From the NCBI RefSeq assembly GCF_964194155.1, contig NC_135894.1, forward strand, positions 56,172,001-56,236,000: a DNA stretch of 64,000 bases. Reading direction: 5' to 3'. The position numbers were made by a program, and so were the translations under genes. This DNA comes from Cetorhinus maximus (lineage: Eukaryota). The notes beneath the pieces are model-generated. The model was not told where the DNA came from, did no database searches, and saw only the letters and a program-made list of their open reading frames with translations. Positions 62,580 to 64,000 of the stretch are shown in pieces (positions within the stretch are counted from its first letter, which is position 1; each line of letters opens with the position of its first letter).

Positions 62580-64000
62580 GCTTTGTGTCCTTCCTCATTC
62601 ACATCCCCCTTCCTCCTCCCAACTCCACTTATTCTGCCTCCATCCCGGAAAAAACTGCAACAAAACACTTGCAATAGCACTTTCAACTTCTCAGAGCTTT
62701 TGGTCTTCCATCCACCACAGTATTTCTGTAGCTACCAATCTGCTCAATCACACCTCTACCTTAGACACCCTTGTCCCTTTAAAACCACTATTCTCTCTCA
62801 CCTTCTCTGTTCCCCATGATACAACCCTCATATCTCCTCCTTTAAGTCCAAGTGATGGCAGACAACTGGTTTAGTCATTGAGTGCCAGGTCTGGCTGGAC
62901 CACATAGTGGAATGTAAGCTCCTACTCCCTCTGCCAAAACTGCTCACTATTCTGTGATCATTCTTGAATGCAAAGATAATCCCCAGCTTCTATTCTCCAG
63001 AGCAAATTGTCTTCTTTAATCCCCCCTGCCCTGCCCCTCTACTCTCACCTCATTGACAAATGCGGGGAGCTCATGGGCTTCTTTGTCATTAAGGTTGAAA
63101 GCATTTGTTTAACTGCCTGTTCTGTTTCCCTCTTCTCCGGTCCAGAAAGCCAAACTTTCCCAAAGGTTGCCCCTGTTCTAGCCCTGAACTTGCATCTTTC
63201 CCCAAAATCCTCCCATCAGATTTCCATCCATACCTACAGCATTGACATGGCCCTTAAAAAGGTTACAAATAACATTCTCTGTGCCTGTAACTATGGTAAT
63301 GTATCCCTCCTCTTCCTTCTCATCCTGTTTGCACTCTTTGACATGGTTGGCCACACCATCACCCTCCAATCCCTCTTCTCCATCACGCAGCTGCACGGGG
63401 TACTACCCTCATCTGGTTCCATTCCTACCTGTCCTGTTGTAGCCAGTAAATTACCTGCAATAGTTCCTCTTCCTGCATGTGCATTGTTACCTCTGGAATC
63501 CCCCAAGGATCTCTCTTTGGCCCACCCTTGTTTCTCATCTCCACGCTGTCTCTTGGTGACAACATCCAAAAACATGTCAGGTTCCACATATATGCTGATG
63601 ACACCCAGCTATATCGCATTACCACTTCTTTGGACCCCTCCACTGTTTCTGATTTGTCATGCTGCTTGTCCAATATCCAGTTTCGGATGAGCAGAAATTT
63701 CCTCGAACTAAATATTGGGAAAACCAAAGCATTGTCTTCAGTCCCTGCAACAAATTCCATTCCCTAACCACTGGATTCATCTCGCTCCCTGGCCACATCT
63801 GAGGCTGAGCAAAACTGTTAGCAGCAATGGTGTTCTATTTGATTCTGAGATGAGCTTCTGACTCCATACCCATTTCATGAGCAAGATGATTCTCACGACA
63901 CAACATATTCAACCATCTCCACAGCACTTCTTCTGCCTCAGCCCATTATGCCTTAGTTACCTCTAGACAAAACTACTCTTATACTCCCATTGCAAGCCCC
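62580..64000 (+). mobile_element. Decayed L2-clade LINE ORF2 fragment
   Basis: GIPQGSLFGPPLFLI..FHIYADDTQLY..CLSNIQFRMSRNFLELNIGKTK, with LLILFALFDMVGH upstream. Confidence 0.88.

Overview
Vertebrate genomic DNA, very likely from a shark or other elasmobranch (inferred from the repeat families). It is dominated by transposable elements, and I recognise no intact host protein-coding gene. It contains: two full-length and several truncated CR1 LINEs (ORF1 zinc finger plus SGNH esterase; ORF2 AP-endonuclease plus RT); L1-Tx1 fragments; an L2 fragment; a decayed Gypsy LTR element; tRNA-derived SINEs; PIF/Harbinger-type non-autonomous elements; Penelope-like fragments; and a 189-N gap. Highlights: (1) a divergent histone H2B coding sequence retroposed into a SINE with a perfect 17-bp target-site duplication and no poly(A); (2) a 41-bp tandem monomer array at the CR1 5' end that was hit by a Tx1 element (16-bp TSD) and by a second CR1; (3) a minimal hammerhead-ribozyme motif in a Penelope-like element; (4) a 152-bp tandem unit made of a tRNA-like head plus two GAAA-tetraloop hairpins, inserted in a MITE. 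All calls come from reading the sequence; no database search was run.
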